A stretch of DNA of 64,000 nt from Octopus vulgaris. Taxonomy: Eukaryota. The DNA lies in contig OX597830.1 of NCBI GenBank assembly GCA_951406725.2, positions 9,362,001 through 9,426,000 of the forward strand, in the 5' to 3' direction. Each line of letters begins with the position of its first letter. Position 1 is the first letter of the stretch. This document shows, piece after piece, positions 1 to 14,430 of this stretch. The position numbers and the translations under genes were made by a program. The notes beneath the pieces were generated by a model, which had not been told where the DNA came from, ran no database searches, and saw only the letters and a list, made by a program, of their open reading frames with translations.

Positions 1-228
1 GCAAACAAGAACTACGCAGTCAACTTCATTAGCTTACAGTTGTTTCTGCTGTAGAAACCTAAGAGGTGAGTGCTTGAGCATCACCTTAGAGCTTACTCGG
101 AGCTTCAAGAAGCAGGTGTAAGCTGCTGATGTTAATTAGGTAATTCCTCTTCCCTTCTTTTAATTTTGCCATATATATATATTTATACATAAAGACACAC
201 GCACACACACACACACGCGCGCACACAC

Positions 229-284
<56 letters not shown>

Positions 285-433
285 GGAACAAAAACGCAAT
301 AAAGGGAAATGAAACATTCGGACAGATGGACGATACAAAGGCGGACAGGAAAAACAACAATTAGAAGGACAGGTAAAAAAGGACGGGTCATTCGTGACTT
401 TCTTTCGTCAGTCAAGTTACCAGATGTCCTTAC

Positions 434-496
434 AGTTTCGAGCGGTTACACTTGAGACTTTTCCACAAAAAGTGGAAGCTAAGAGCATTTGATTTT
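434..496 (-). CDS. candidate 63-nt internal exon (phase 1 reading xNQMLLASTFCGKVSSVTARNx)
   Basis: On the minus strand, a long pyrimidine tract ending cttgctatcttacAG precedes the exon and GTAAGG follows it. Length is a multiple of 3 and the sequence is unique. No recognised homology. Confidence 0.35.
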
Positions 497-1092
497 CTGT
501 AAGATAGCAAGCGAAAGTGTACAACAAAGAGAAAAAAAATGGAGAAGATGGCACACAGTTACAAAATAAACAACATGAATATGAGAACAGGTGTCTTTCG
601 ACTGAGGACAAATCAAATTGTGCTGGCGTGTATAGAGTGAAAGATTTACGGCAGGAATATAGGAGATGGCCATAAGGGGTGTTGGCGGTTGGCTGTCAGG
701 CCAAGGAAGAAAGTTCATGGCTGGCCGAACACCGGTCACGTGGAAGGAGGAGAGAGGGGTAGGGGGCAGCGGGATTGAAGGATTAGAAGAAAATGAAAGA
801 AACAAAGAGAAAGGTACAGTGGATATAAATGAGCGTACATATACTCTAATTCATATGCTGAGTGCTGTTTTCTAGCGTTTTCTTACAGTAGAACAGCCAA
901 CACTACAAGTCAGGGGCGTCAATATATTTTGTCCCTTAAAATCGAATGCAGCAATTTTACCATCGCATTATCTTCATATGGAGTTCTTTGACAAACACCA
1001 GAGAGAAACTAATGCTACAAAAGTCGCAATAGATTTAGAAAAAACAAAACAGCGACAGTTTTGTACACACACACACACACACATGTATGTAC

Positions 1093-1138
<46 letters not shown>

Positions 1139-1142
<4 letters not shown>

Positions 1143-1435
1143 CATAAGGGACCAGCCATCTGAATATGGCTAGGGACAGGGCGGGGTGGTGGGGGTGTTA
1201 CTGTTGCATTTAGCCCCAGGCGAACATCGACGTCACCAGATAGGCCCGACACCGTCACGGTGTCCTTTAACCTGACGGTGTCGGGCCTATCTGGTGACGT
1301 CGATGTTCGCCTGGGGCTAAATGCAACAGTAACACCCCCACCACCCTGCCCTGTCCCTAGCCATATTCAGATGGCTTTAGTCCCTTATGTTATCGAGCAG
1401 TTACTGTCTATATCTCTTTTAGAGATTTATTATTG

Positions 1436-1436
<1 letters not shown>
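1139..1436 (+). mobile_element. fold-back element: 3' end of the 354-nt HHR element family with an inverted 5' copy
   Basis: Near-perfect inverted repeat 1139-1257 / ~1272-1393, plus a tail 1394-1436 matching the 3' end of the elements at 29949-30358 and 36800-37183. Flanked by (TA)n. Confidence 0.75.
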
Positions 1437-1501
<65 letters not shown>

Positions 1502-1692
1502 TATACATTATATATATATGTATATATATATACACACATACATATTATAAATTATATATATATACAGAAGTGTGTACATATGCATACAAACATACAAGTA
1601 TCTGTTATCGTTTACTTGCATCAGTCATTTGGCTACGGCCATTCTGGAGCACCACCTTGAGGAATTTTTAGACAAATAACTCGAACCCAGTG

Positions 1693-1801
<109 letters not shown>

Positions 1802-1850
1802 CTATAGATATCTTTTGTACAAACACATTTTTCTTTGACACAAATATTTT

Positions 1851-1923
<73 letters not shown>

Positions 1924-2326
1924 CTTTGGGAATGTGAATAAGTGCTTATGCATGTGTGTCTCCAGCACGAAACCAACAAGAAATGCTAATTTATAATTCA
2001 TGCGGTGACTTGCACTGGAGTCCTTCTCTTTTCCCCCAAATTTGCGTTTTGTCTCGTCATTCCTTTTGTGTCGTATGCGTCTCGATGTTTTGTTGCTGCG
2101 CAAAAGTCTTCGTCTCTGTGTGTATGTACTTTTAGTGTGTACATGGGAATGTTTCTTACATATGAACGTCGAAATGCTTGTGTCGTTCCTTAAACGTGCA
2201 TATTTGTGTAGGTCTGTGGGAACTCTCTCTCTCTCCCTCTCTCTCCCCCCTCTCTCTATCTATCTATTTATCTATTTGTCGGTTTGTCAGTCTCTCTGTC
2301 TATGTCTCTGTAAAATATGTCATCAT

Positions 2327-3070
<744 letters not shown>

Positions 3071-3232
3071 TAAAGGATGATGCCCGTTTGTTAGAATGGT
3101 CAAATACTTTAGTTCACCGTGAACGCTGCGAATGCTTTTCCTTGTAGTTACGGATCGTTTTGCCAACAAGACTCCAATAGAAAATATTATGTCGTTATTC
3201 CCGCTGCCTTTATATTCATTATATCATCAATC

Positions 3233-3481
3233 CACATTATTTACATTATTTACATTTGGCGGATATTTGTCTGCATCTTGCTTGTTGTTAACACAACGTT
3301 TCGGCTGATATACTCTCCAGCCTTCATCAGGTGTCTTGGAGAAATTTCGAACCTGACGAAGGCTGGAGGGTACATCAGCCGAAACGTTGCGTTAACAACA
3401 AACAAGACGAGGACAAATATCCACCAAATGTAAATAATGTAAATAATGTACATAATTCCTAATCTCTTAAATATAGAACTG
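3233..3481. mobile_element. palindromic Penelope-like insertion with 16-bp target-site duplication
   Basis: Inverted repeat spanning 3234-3449. Flanking direct repeat cat(t/c)atatcatcaatc at 3217-3232 and 3482-3497. Confidence 0.75.
3290..3335 (-). ncRNA. minimal type I hammerhead ribozyme
   Basis: Minus strand: gacac-CUGAUGA-A-ggcug(loop)cagcc-GAAAC-GUU-guguu. Stem I gacac/guguu, 5-bp stem II, loop-less palindromic stem III (AACGUU). Confidence 0.7.
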
Positions 3482-5630
3482 CATCATATCATCAATCGTA
3501 TAATTGAATTATTCAGTAATAGCAACTACAGGTACAATACCAACTTTCCGGACACTAATAACCCGGACACTCACTAATTTTCGATCAGACACACCAAAAT
3601 TATCGTGGTCGTCAGCTTCGTTTACGGACACATTGTACAGCACAGCGTATCTAGACCTGTACCATATATACTCATACACAGATAGCTGCATTCCATTTAA
3701 TTATTTAATATTTATTTTAGTATGTATTGACCAATGTGACCACCACTGATCACATTGTCCGTAATAGGAATTCAGTAATCCGGCAAGGCTTCGGAACGAA
3801 ATATTGTTTCTGTACTATATACTTCGTTATAATTCCTCAGTGGGTAGAGTCTACGACAGGTTTTGGTGTTTCCAATGGAAACCATTTCAATGAATTATGG
3901 TAACTACAGTATCTCGGAGAGACACATATTTGTCTTTCCTAGGATCTCTAGTCATCACAATTACGCATATATTTGTGTCCTATTGCCAACTGTTTAAGAA
4001 ACTCGTTCCGTCATCAATCGCGAGATGATGTGTGAAAAATTTTCTTGTTGTTACTATAAAGTATTACACAGGAGAATGAATTTGCTGCCTCCTTGTGGCA
4101 TCATTTTCTGAAATGTTTTCTCTGTACGATTCTGTGTTTCGGTACGAGAAGCTGCTGAAATTAGCTGCTTCTTCATAGAGTCATATATTCTTTATTTTCA
4201 CATGATTTGATGTTAGGTAATAAACCGAATCCAGTTCAGTAGAAGAATAGGTGTATTTTATAAGATATGATTTTCTGGCGAAATATATTGAACAATTTAA
4301 ATGACACGATTAACGACAACAACAACAACGACATTTTGCTATACGAAATAATGTGCGGAAAATTCGAATTTAGTGACGAAAAAGGTAATCCCAGTTCTTG
4401 TTTCGCGAATGAATCCTCTTATAAACAAGATCGTTGCATAAGATGCATTCCACAGAAATAAAAAGTCTGCTTTTGAGAACAATGTAATAAACGAAGAAGC
4501 ATTCCTGTCTCTTTCTCTTAATGATGAGACTGAGGATAAAAATATTTTAAGTCTTGAAAACCACGCGACCCTTTCTCACACACACGAAAGAGAAATTTCA
4601 GGTATTTCTGGCTAATATGTCCATCGAATAGGGTTGGGGAGGTCGTAAGGAGTCGTGTGCTTAGTATCTAAAACTGGAGAGGAAGCAAAAAAAAAGCAAG
4701 CCAAGATGGTACCTTAAGCATTTACCCGGAGGTTCGTTCTTGAATATATGGAAAGGCAGACCATAAACCTGATTGTAAAAGATAGTAGCAATTATGTTGA
4801 TTATTTGTCTAAAGAGACTGATATGACTCAGTTCAAGAAGATGGTGAGCGCCGCGATAACTGGAAGGAATATGTGCTCGGATGGGGGTAGGGGTCTAAAT
4901 GGACACGCAAGTCCTAATGACACCGGAAGACTACAGAGCCATACATGAGCTGTACCATATCGTGGATACAGTTCAAGGTAGAAGGCCTACATGCTACACG
5001 TGTGACAGTCGCAGTTTCTTGAGATCTTTGTGTTAGGAGAATGCCGAAAGGTAAAGAAGAAGAGAGCAACAAAGACTGCAACATTGCAGCAAGAAAACAA
5101 AAGACAGACGGCAACAACAACAACAATAACAGGTCACGAGAGTTACAGTTTTCTGGGCGTTCCCGAATGTGGATCTACGGCCGTTTCCGGCCGAAAAGAT
5201 CGCCTTGTCTTCAATCTCAATGTCAATGTACAGAAAAATCGACCAGGAAGTCGATGAGAAATGAAGTCAGCGAAATGAAGTCGAGAGTGACGTAGCCGAA
5301 GCGCCCCCGCTCCAGATTTACTGTTTAGTAGTCTTGTGATTATGGAATGGAAAGCAAAAACTAGAGATGGATGGTAAGCTCTCAGACGTACCCAGAGGAA
5401 GTAGGAAGAAATATACAGGAAGAAGCGCATGCCCAAGTAGAAGTCGGCAGGAAGAAGGGAAGTTGTTGAATCTGTACATAAACAACTACTTCCGGTACAA
5501 AACGGAAAGGACCACATAAGAACGACATGCTAGGTTCTTCACGAAATTTACAAATATATAATCACTTTATGTACGTGACTATCAGATTAATCAAACGAGG
5601 CTAATTACCATTTTATTATATATTTTGTAG

Positions 5631-6033
5631 AAGGCGGCGAGCTGGCAGAAACGTTAGCACGGCGGGCGAAATGCTTAGCGGTATTTCGTCTGCTGTTACG
5701 TTCTGAGTTCAAATTCCGCCGTAGTCGACTTTGCCTTTCATCCTTTCGGGGTCGATAAATTAAGTACCAGTTACGCACTGGGGTCGATGTAATCAACTTA
5801 ATCCGTTTGTCTGTCCTTGTTTGTCCCCTCTGTGTGTAGCTCCTTGTGGGTAGTAAAGAAATAGGTATTTCGTCTGTCTTTACGTTCTGAATTCAAATTC
5901 CGACGTGGTCGACTTTGCCACTCATCCTTTCGAGTTCTATGAATTAAGCAACAGTTGCGTACTGGGGTCGATTTAATCGATTTCCCGCCCCCCGTTCCCC
6001 AAAATTTTGGGCTCTGTGCCTAGAGTAGAGAGA
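5631..6033 (+). mobile_element. tRNA-derived SINE with Meta/MESC-like core (full plus partial tandem copy)
   Basis: Head aggcggcgagctggcagaa..gagttcaaattcc (B box) and core gtcgactttgcctttcatcctttcggggtcgataaattaagtaccag. About 20 copies or fragments in the window. Confidence 0.85.
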
Positions 6034-6249
6034 ATTAGCTCACAGAATTTTTCTAGATCTTTGAAGATTCCACAGGTGTGTGGTGTCGATAATATTTTAT
6101 GAGACAATAAGGGAACCTGTAATTAATTAAGACTAGGTTGCTCTGTTTAAACCCTGTTACTACTTTCTCATTCGAGTGTTGTAAGGTTGTCCTGTTTCTT
6201 TACTTGTTTATTTAAATTATATCTGATTTAAAATTACATTTGTATTTCA

Positions 6250-6690
6250 ACTCTGTATTTACTGGTGCAATTTTGAATCTATCCCGAAGGGATTAAAAGC
6301 AAATTTGACATCGGCGGCATCTGAACTCTGTATATAAAGAGACAGAAGAGTGGGTAACTGGTACTTATTTGATTAAACCCCGACCGCGGGGGAATTTGAA
6401 CTCAGAACATAACGACAAACGAAATACGGCTAAGTATTTCGCCCGGCGTGCTATCGATTCTGCCAGCTCGCTGCCTTTACTACTCTTAATAGTAATGATT
6501 TAGGCTCAAAGCTAGCAGTTTTTAAGGTGATGGGGCCATTCGATATTGTTGATCTTAACACATATATTGTTCTTTACTTTATAGGTCCCGGAAGGATGAA
6601 AGGCAAAACTGGCCTCGGCGGGATTTGAATCCAGAACGTAAAAGACCAAAAGAAATATCTCATTTGTATTTAGTCCGACGCCGCCCACTG
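6250..6690 (-). mobile_element. degenerate fragments of the same SINE family
   Basis: Repeated ggatgaaaggcaaa / gaatttgaactcagaac motifs. Confidence 0.7.
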
Positions 6691-7269
6691 TTTACTGTAT
6701 AAATTTAGTGTGTATCGTTTATAAAACCATCAACATGATACGCCATTCATTTCAAAGGGGAGATAAAAATATGACCGGAGCAATAAGAAAAAAAAAAGGT
6801 TAAATTTGTTGAAAATAAAAACAAAAAAGAATGAAAATTAGAGAGAAAACATTTCACTATAGAGAGCATAAAATACGTATTTGGTTTTGTCTTACGTTTC
6901 TTTAATAAAATAACGAAAACATATCTGTCACTAAAACGAGATCAGTTCAGAAATCTTAGAATAGCGTCGCTCACTTGTTTGCTATTTGTGTGTCGTCTGC
7001 CAAGCAATGGCGAGCAAATCTGATAGTTATCAAAATGGTGCTGATAGCTCCCTCAGCTGTTGTTATATGAGCCCTCTTTATTGTTACAAATAACACATTT
7101 TCTTATTCCTTTCGGCATCACACATTTTATTTCATTTTCTTTTTCTCTTCAACCGACTTTTTATTCTAATTATTATGAATGTCGCAAGTTTTCTATTTTA
7201 TCGAAAGTTGGTTAGGTTATGTTGTTCCTCACATCAAACTACCGATGTCAGCAAACACACTATCTGTCA

Positions 7270-7475
<206 letters not shown>

Positions 7476-7788
7476 GTGTGTGCATGTGTATATTATGCAT
7501 ACTCACACAACGCACGCGCGCGCATACATCACCACCAAAATGAGCAATTGCTCAATAATGGCGCAAAATTGTGGTGGTTTTTGGCCGATAACTGATTTGG
7601 GGTGAGCATGTCGATTTCTTGTGTGCCAACTTTAGCTTAGAATATATTTGTAACATAGTTCAACAGCTAAAGAAAATTTCACTACATTTATCGTGGAGAA
7701 AACTTCTCTCTTATGGTAAAAACATAAGTGTGAAAAATATCACTTTTATCCAATGCTGCCACCTGCCGGATCCTATGATATTACTCTA

Positions 7789-7821
<33 letters not shown>

Positions 7822-8293
7822 TACTGTAATATCAGGGACTCCGAATTTTGAAGAAAGGGGGTAAATTGGTGCCATTGATTGTAGTATTTATCTGGTGCTG
7901 AACTTTGTCATCTTCTTAGTTTTGAAAAGGTGACCTTAGTGTAATCTGAACGCAGAATGTAAAGTCAGGAATAAAAATTGCAAAGCGTTTTTGTCAACGT
8001 CCTAATGACTCTGCTAGTTCTCTCTACATATACATACATACATACATACATACATACATACATACATACATACATACATACATACATACATACATACATA
8101 CATACACATGTATGCATACATATATATTGATATACATACATGCATGCATACATGTATGCTTACATTCATAGATGCATACATACATACACATGCATACATA
8201 CATATATACATATACATATACATATAAATGCATACATAGATATATATATATATATACATATATGCGTACATACATACGTACATACATACGTAC

Positions 8294-8379
<86 letters not shown>

Positions 8380-8826
8380 GCATACATACATACATACATC
8401 TATGCATACGTGCATGATAAATCTGGACAAGCACTGACTGCAGATAGTGCACATATACACATGAACATGCAAAAATTTATGTTGATATTGTCTTTCTTTA
8501 TTGGCAAGAAATCTTGAAATAAAACTGAATGACACACATACAACCCGTGCGAAGAAATGAATGGCTGATCATGGCTTCAAGGGGATAGGACGCAAATGTT
8601 GAATTCATACGCTACAAATAACCATGATATCTGAGACTATAAAAGTCTGCAAGGTCTTAATATTCAAAACATGAACAAAACACGACGCTTTGATACCAAA
8701 TAGATGGCCGGTCAAAATTTATTCTAAATTAAAAAAAAGAACGAGAAGAACACACGTACACGCTTTATATATATATATTTTTACTCAACGGTGGGCATAC
8801 ACAGTTGATAATGATGTGTATTGTAA

Positions 8827-9220
8827 TCTCACTATATATATAAAGCTAAAGTTGTCTGTGTATGGCAGGTTTGGTAGCCTTCAACTAACACTATCTCCTC
8901 CGAGACCCTACGGTGCAAATTGACCAAAATTGAGATTATGATAGAAGAAGGCTTGCTCTTCCTTCCGTAGAAGAAAAAAATTCAAATCGGACCATGTTAA
9001 CACCAAAAAATATTTACACCAATAAGGTGCTTTTTTCTATGAAAATCCCTATTTTTTACGATTTTTTGAAAGCTGTGTCGCCATTTTTCGGTGTATTTCA
9101 ACCAGAAAAATGTTCACTTAAAGAGAATAACAAGCTACATGATGCTAAATTTTTACTTTTAAAAAATTCCAATTCTAAAGGGTCGAAACAAACCCGAGCA
9201 ACGCCGGGTAATACTACTAG
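8827..9220 (+). mobile_element. non-autonomous Helitron
   Basis: Starts A|TC..ctatatatataaa and ends with hairpin cccgagcaacgccggg then CTAG|T. No TIR or TSD. Confidence 0.75.
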
Positions 9221-9682
9221 TATATGAAAAAGTATAAATGACCTACGATGACTTGACAATTTCAGAAATCAAAGTTTGAAATAAAACAAAATAAAAAAAG
9301 AGCCCTGAGGTTAATGCCCAAGGAAAGACAAACTACTTAAGTAGTGTCTCATGTCAAAAATATCTACAGAAAAACCGACAACAACAGCAACAACAATAAC
9401 AAGAAAACCACCCACAAAATCAGTCTTTCCTTCCATCGACGCCCATCCTTTCCGGAATAGCATGACATCAGTTGCTGTGACCTCAAAGCAACGCCGAAAA
9501 TATGTAAAACCTAAGTTGACCGCCTCAGTTCCCTCTCTCGCGCTTTCTCTCCCTCTCTCTCACCCCTTCTCTGTCCCTTCTTTAAGCTCAATGTCTGAGA
9601 TCTTCAAATCCGGTCCAGGGACTCTAGTTGGATCTTCCTCTGCATGTCTCCATCACATATAATTACAATGACTGCCGCTGCT

Positions 9683-9683
9683 G

Positions 9684-9723
<40 letters not shown>

Positions 9724-9811
9724 CGCCACCACCACCACCACCACCACCACCACCACCACCACCACCACCACCACCACCACCACCACCACCACCACCACCA
9801 CCACCACCACC

Positions 9812-9860
<49 letters not shown>

Positions 9861-9861
9861 T

Positions 9862-9910
<49 letters not shown>
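9683..9910. repeat. compound (CTA)n(CCA)n(CTA)n trinucleotide repeat
   Basis: Directly visible. Confidence 0.95.
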
Positions 9911-10773
9911 GTAGCTGTCTTCGCTGCTGCTGTTTTCGCTGCTGTTGCTGTGTGTGTGCATGTAGATGTGTGTGCGTTTGTGTGTGAGTGTGCTTGTGTG
10001 TTGTAGGTGTATATGTGTGTTTAGGGGGTGTAGGGGTACGTGTAGGTATGTGTGAGTGTGCGTGTATGTTGTAGGTGTATATGGGTGCGTAGGAGTGTGT
10101 GTGTGTATGTAGATGTGTGCATGTGAGTTTGCGTGTGTATGTTGTAGGTGTGTATGTGTGTGTGCGTAGGAGTGTGTGTGTATGTGAGTTTGCGTGTGTA
10201 TGTGTGTGTGTAGGAGTGTGCGTGCGTGTGCGCGTGTAGGTGTGTGTGTGTGTGTGGACTTATATTGAAGTCGGGCGAATGAATCATGGGCGAATTATAT
10301 CAACCGAACGTGGTATACGCAGTATCCAGATGTGTACAACATGTGTGCTTGACAGTCTGGGTAAGATGACCTCCACGTCGAGCCAATCAAAGAACCCCAC
10401 AAATGAGAAATTCCGGGTACTGAAAGGATGTGCGCATTATGGTTTCGTTTGCTGGTCCGTGTGTGTGTGTATTGCAACGACTCGAAAGGCGATGGTTCCC
10501 TGTCGGTGAAGTTTGTGCCGAACTGGCAGTGTACAGCCGTTTCGCTGCTATTTTTTTCCTGACAACAAATTCTAGTCGTGGAATTATTTTTCAGTTCTTG
10601 GCGTTTCACGACGGTTCAGAAAAAGAGAGAGGACGTGTGTGTATGTGTGTGTGTGTGTGTGTGTATGTGTGTGTGTTTGTGTGTGTGAGAGAGAGAGAGA
10701 GAGAAAGAAAGAGAGAGAGAGACGGAGACAGAGAGAAAGAAAGCGAGAGAGAGAGAGACGGAGACAGAGAGAA

Positions 10774-10810
<37 letters not shown>

Positions 10811-11434
10811 GATAGAAAGAAAGAGAGAGATAGAAAGAGAGAGAGAGAGAGAGAGAAGTCGGAAGCGGAGAATAACTGCAGCATGTCTATGTATCTATCT
10901 GTGTTTCTTTGCATTTGTGCCGTTTGTGTCCATTTTTGTTGTTTTGTGTCCATTTGTGTCTATTTTGTTGTGTCCATGTTTTCTGTAGGCGAGTTTACGG
11001 GATCGCTTTAGTCGGTCGTGGTGATAATGTAGACAATCACTCACAATTTTTTAACCGCTGCTCTTTCTGTTGCTGCCGTTGTTAATGTAGATGTTGTCGT
11101 GTGACGCTAGCAACATTGCGAGTCCCTACTAGCTTGCTTCTTTTGCGGACAAACGGTTAGTGCTACCACTTGTGCGACATCTGGGCCTTCCACTTTTCAT
11201 AATACCGGTCTGTTAAGTATTCTTCGTAAGACTATATGGCCAGGAATCTTGCATCGGTTTCTAGTTCTCTTTACACCATGACCTTCATTTACTGAGATCG
11301 TAATCGTCAATCTCATTTTTCACATTGACGTCTTCTTAGCTAAACTTGTATATTATCATGATCATCATCTTTATGAAGTATATATGTGCCTGTGTGTGTG
11401 CGTGTGTGCATGTATATATATATATATATATATA

Positions 11435-12648
11435 CGAGGGGCGTTCAATAAGTAATGCCCCTAACCCACTTCCCATAGCAGTAGAGCAATGTAATTTGGC
11501 ACAGTTATTAGTATTTTTCTACATAGAAACCACCCAGATTTACGCATTTCCCCCATTGTTTGATGCAGTTCTGGAGACCGTTCTTGTAGAAGATCCCAGC
11601 TTGGTCCTCCAACCACGACGTGACTTCCGTAATCAAGGCTGCATCATCTGGGAAACACTTTCCTTTCAAAAACAACTTCATGGCTGGGAAGAGATGAAAA
11701 TCAGAGAGTGCATGGGGGAGGAGTTCATAGCCGCACGCCTGTGCTTCTGATCTGGCGACAAGCGAGTTGTGGACCGGAGCGTTGTCCTGCAGGAGAAGGA
11801 TGCTTTGCTGATCTTGCTCCGCCTCTTGATTTTGATAGCTTCTCTTAATTTCCTCAAAAGTGAAGCATAATAGGCTCCTGTAATTGTGGTACCCTTTGCC
11901 AGGAAATCTGTCATCACTACTCCGTCCTGGTCCCAGAAGACTGTGAGCATGACCTTGCCAGTGGAGGGCTGCACCCTTGCCTTCTTTGGAGGGGGTGAGT
12001 CACGGTGCTTCCACTGCATTGACTGGGCTTTGGTCTCTGGATCATAGTGATGGACCCAGGTTTCATCCTGTGCAATCAGACTTTTGAAATATTTTGACTC
12101 ATCCTCTTGGCACATCTCCAAATTCATCCTCGAGCACTCGACGCGTTCTTGCTTCTGGAAAGGTGTGAGCAACCTGAGAATCCATCTGGCAGACACCTTT
12201 TGCATATGCAAATGGTCATGAATGATAGTTTCCACAGACCCGGTACTAATCTTGACCTCATGGGCTATTTGGCGAATAGTTATGCGTCGATCTTCCAAAA
12301 TGGCAGCCTCAACTTGACAGACAGATGCCTCATCAATGGCAGAGAGGGGGCGACCAGATCTGGGAGCTGTTTCCACAGAGTTCCGACCATGTTTGAATTC
12401 ACGATACCAGCGTTTTACAAGGTCATATGATGGGGCATCATCACCATAAGTTACTTTCATTTCATCAAAAGTCTTCCGTGGTGTGCGTCCTTTCAAATAC
12501 AAAAACCGGATCACTGCTCAACACTCAGTAGGCTCCATTTCAGACTTGACTCAGTTCAAACACCTGTAAATCAGAAACCACAATTAGTTCAGAGCTAGAT
12601 CAAATAACTGCATGTGGGTCAGAGGCATTACTTATTGAACGCCCCTCG
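11435..12648 (-). mobile_element. mariner (Tc1/mariner) DNA transposon, near full length
   Basis: TIRs cgaggggcgttcaataagtaatgcc / ggcattacttattgaacgcccctcg, flanked by TA on both sides. Confidence 0.95.
11508..12538 (-). pseudogene. mariner transposase pseudogene
   Basis: Motifs RSGRP, KVSARWI, DETWVHHYDPE, GKVMLTVFWD and C-terminal KCVNLGGFYVEKY*. Early in-frame stop, frameshift before QDNA, deletion across YSPDLAP. Confidence 0.92.
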
Positions 12649-12727
12649 TATATATATTTACATTTGTAACTATATATGTATATAAGTGTGCATATAAATT
12701 TATATGTATGTAAATATATGCGTATGC

Positions 12728-12767
<40 letters not shown>

Positions 12768-13119
12768 TCACACACACAAATATTAATCAATTTCACCAAG
12801 TGTTCAGTATGGTAAAAGGACCATTTAAGGCGAATTCAAAATATTACATTATATAATTAGGGCTTAGTAAAATAAATTACTTTGCAACATACTGGACTTA
12901 ATAGAAATAGCAGCCAAAAAAAAATTTTTTTAGCCGTTTCTACTACTTAAAGAAAATTTCTCTCAGATAATGTTTACTCCAGACAGCTCACGAAGGTTTG
13001 GAGGTAAATACAGAAAAATATCACAAGTACATAGATCGTTTGAGTACGTCAACGTTTCAAGATTAGCCAAATAAAAATTTACCTTGTATGACCCCATTTT
13101 CAAAAATTAACGAATGTTG

Positions 13120-13620
13120 CCGAAATGCCTCATCATAGATGTGGCTGTATCTGCTGCTATGAAAGTAGAATTTGGAGAACAGGAAAAAATAGGAAAATAC
13201 CAAGACTTAGCAAAGAAAATGCGAAGAATGGAACGCTTCTGCAAAGGTAATCCCAGTAGTTATAGGTACCATCAGTATGATTATAGACTTGGTAGTTTGC
13301 TAAGGCGGCGAGCTGGCAGAAACGTTAGCACGCCGGGCGAAATGCTTAGTAGTATTTCGTCTGTCTTTATGTTTTGAGTTCAAATTCCACCGAGGTCGAC
13401 TTTGCCTTTCATCCTTTCGAGGTCGATAAATTAAGTACCAGCAGCGTACTGGGGTCGATCCAATCGAGTGGCCCCGCTCCCCCCAAATTTCGGGCCTTGT
13501 GCCTAGAGTAGAAAAGACTCGGTAGTTTCGTGAAAGAGACCAGAATAACAACGAGTGTAACATTAATACAGATATTAGAACCACAATGTTGAAAGGCCCT
13601 CGATATATAAGGAAACTAAT
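13120..13620 (+). pseudogene. degenerate R4/Dong-type LINE restriction-like endonuclease fragment, interrupted by a SINE
   Basis: KCLIIDVAV..EQEKIGKYQDLAKKMRRM..KVIPVVIG. Confidence 0.7.
13303..13516 (+). mobile_element. Meta/MESC-core SINE
   Basis: Matches the 5631 family; flanked by diverged direct repeat gact(t/c)ggtagttt. Confidence 0.85.
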
Positions 13621-13964
13621 TGTGAACACGCATCAAGGACGCTGATTCCAAAGGTAACACTTTTGTGCATACCTTTAAACAGGCCAACACCCGGCGGTGG
13701 TTTAGAAAAGGTGATCTATGAGAACGCATTGAGACATTAATATACAGCGCTCATGAACTAATATAACCAAATAGTTCCAAATAGATAAAAGTAGTTATTC
13801 GCCCCTTTGTAGGGTGTGTGGAATAAAAACAATGAAGCAATTTCCCATGTTGTAAGTTAGTGAAGGAAATTGGCTCAAAAGGAATACAAAGGGAAGCACA
13901 ATAACGAACCTTCATTGGGGATTGCGTGAAAGTAGGAACTTCAAAGAAAACAGAAATGGCACAA

Positions 13965-14400
13965 ACCAAAAGGTGTCACTGAGAATAATGAATGTAAGAT
14001 CTTGTGGGATTTGACAATCCAGTGTGATTCAGAGACTGATGATCGGAGGCGAAACGTTGTTGTAATTGATGAAATGATGAAAGGGACCAAGATAACAGAA
14101 ATTGCCATACCTGAGGATATCCGAGAGGATGATGAAGAACCGGAAGAGATTGAGAAGTACAAGGAACCGCTAAAAGATGAGGTTGCACGAATTTGGGCAA
14201 TGAAGAAAGTAACAATCATCATGGTAGCTGTTTGGGAAATTAATTGGTAAAACATGCTCAGAAAACTGCTCTAATGGGAACGGCGAGTATTTAGAGATCG
14301 GTACTTGTGGAAAGAGACCCCCGTGAAACCCTTGACAACAAGTTGTTCGCTCTTATAGAATTATCAACAGCAAGTGAAATCCAAATCTCTGAGAAACGAA
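13965..14400 (+). pseudogene. degenerate R4/Dong-type LINE 3' fragment
   Basis: ENNECKILWDLTIQCD..EKYK..EVARIW..QKTALMGTASILRSVL. Confidence 0.75.
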
Positions 14401-14430
14401 ATGGAAACAGCAACAACAACAACAACAACA

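Noticed and set aside
9644-10006. Poly-Thr mucin-like ORF
   Set aside because: Pure CTA/CCA trinucleotide runs merging into TG repeats, with no domain or splice support.
11678-12514. Active or domesticated (SETMAR-like) transposase
   Set aside because: Early stop, frameshift and deletion at catalytic motifs, no SET domain, and TIRs intact.
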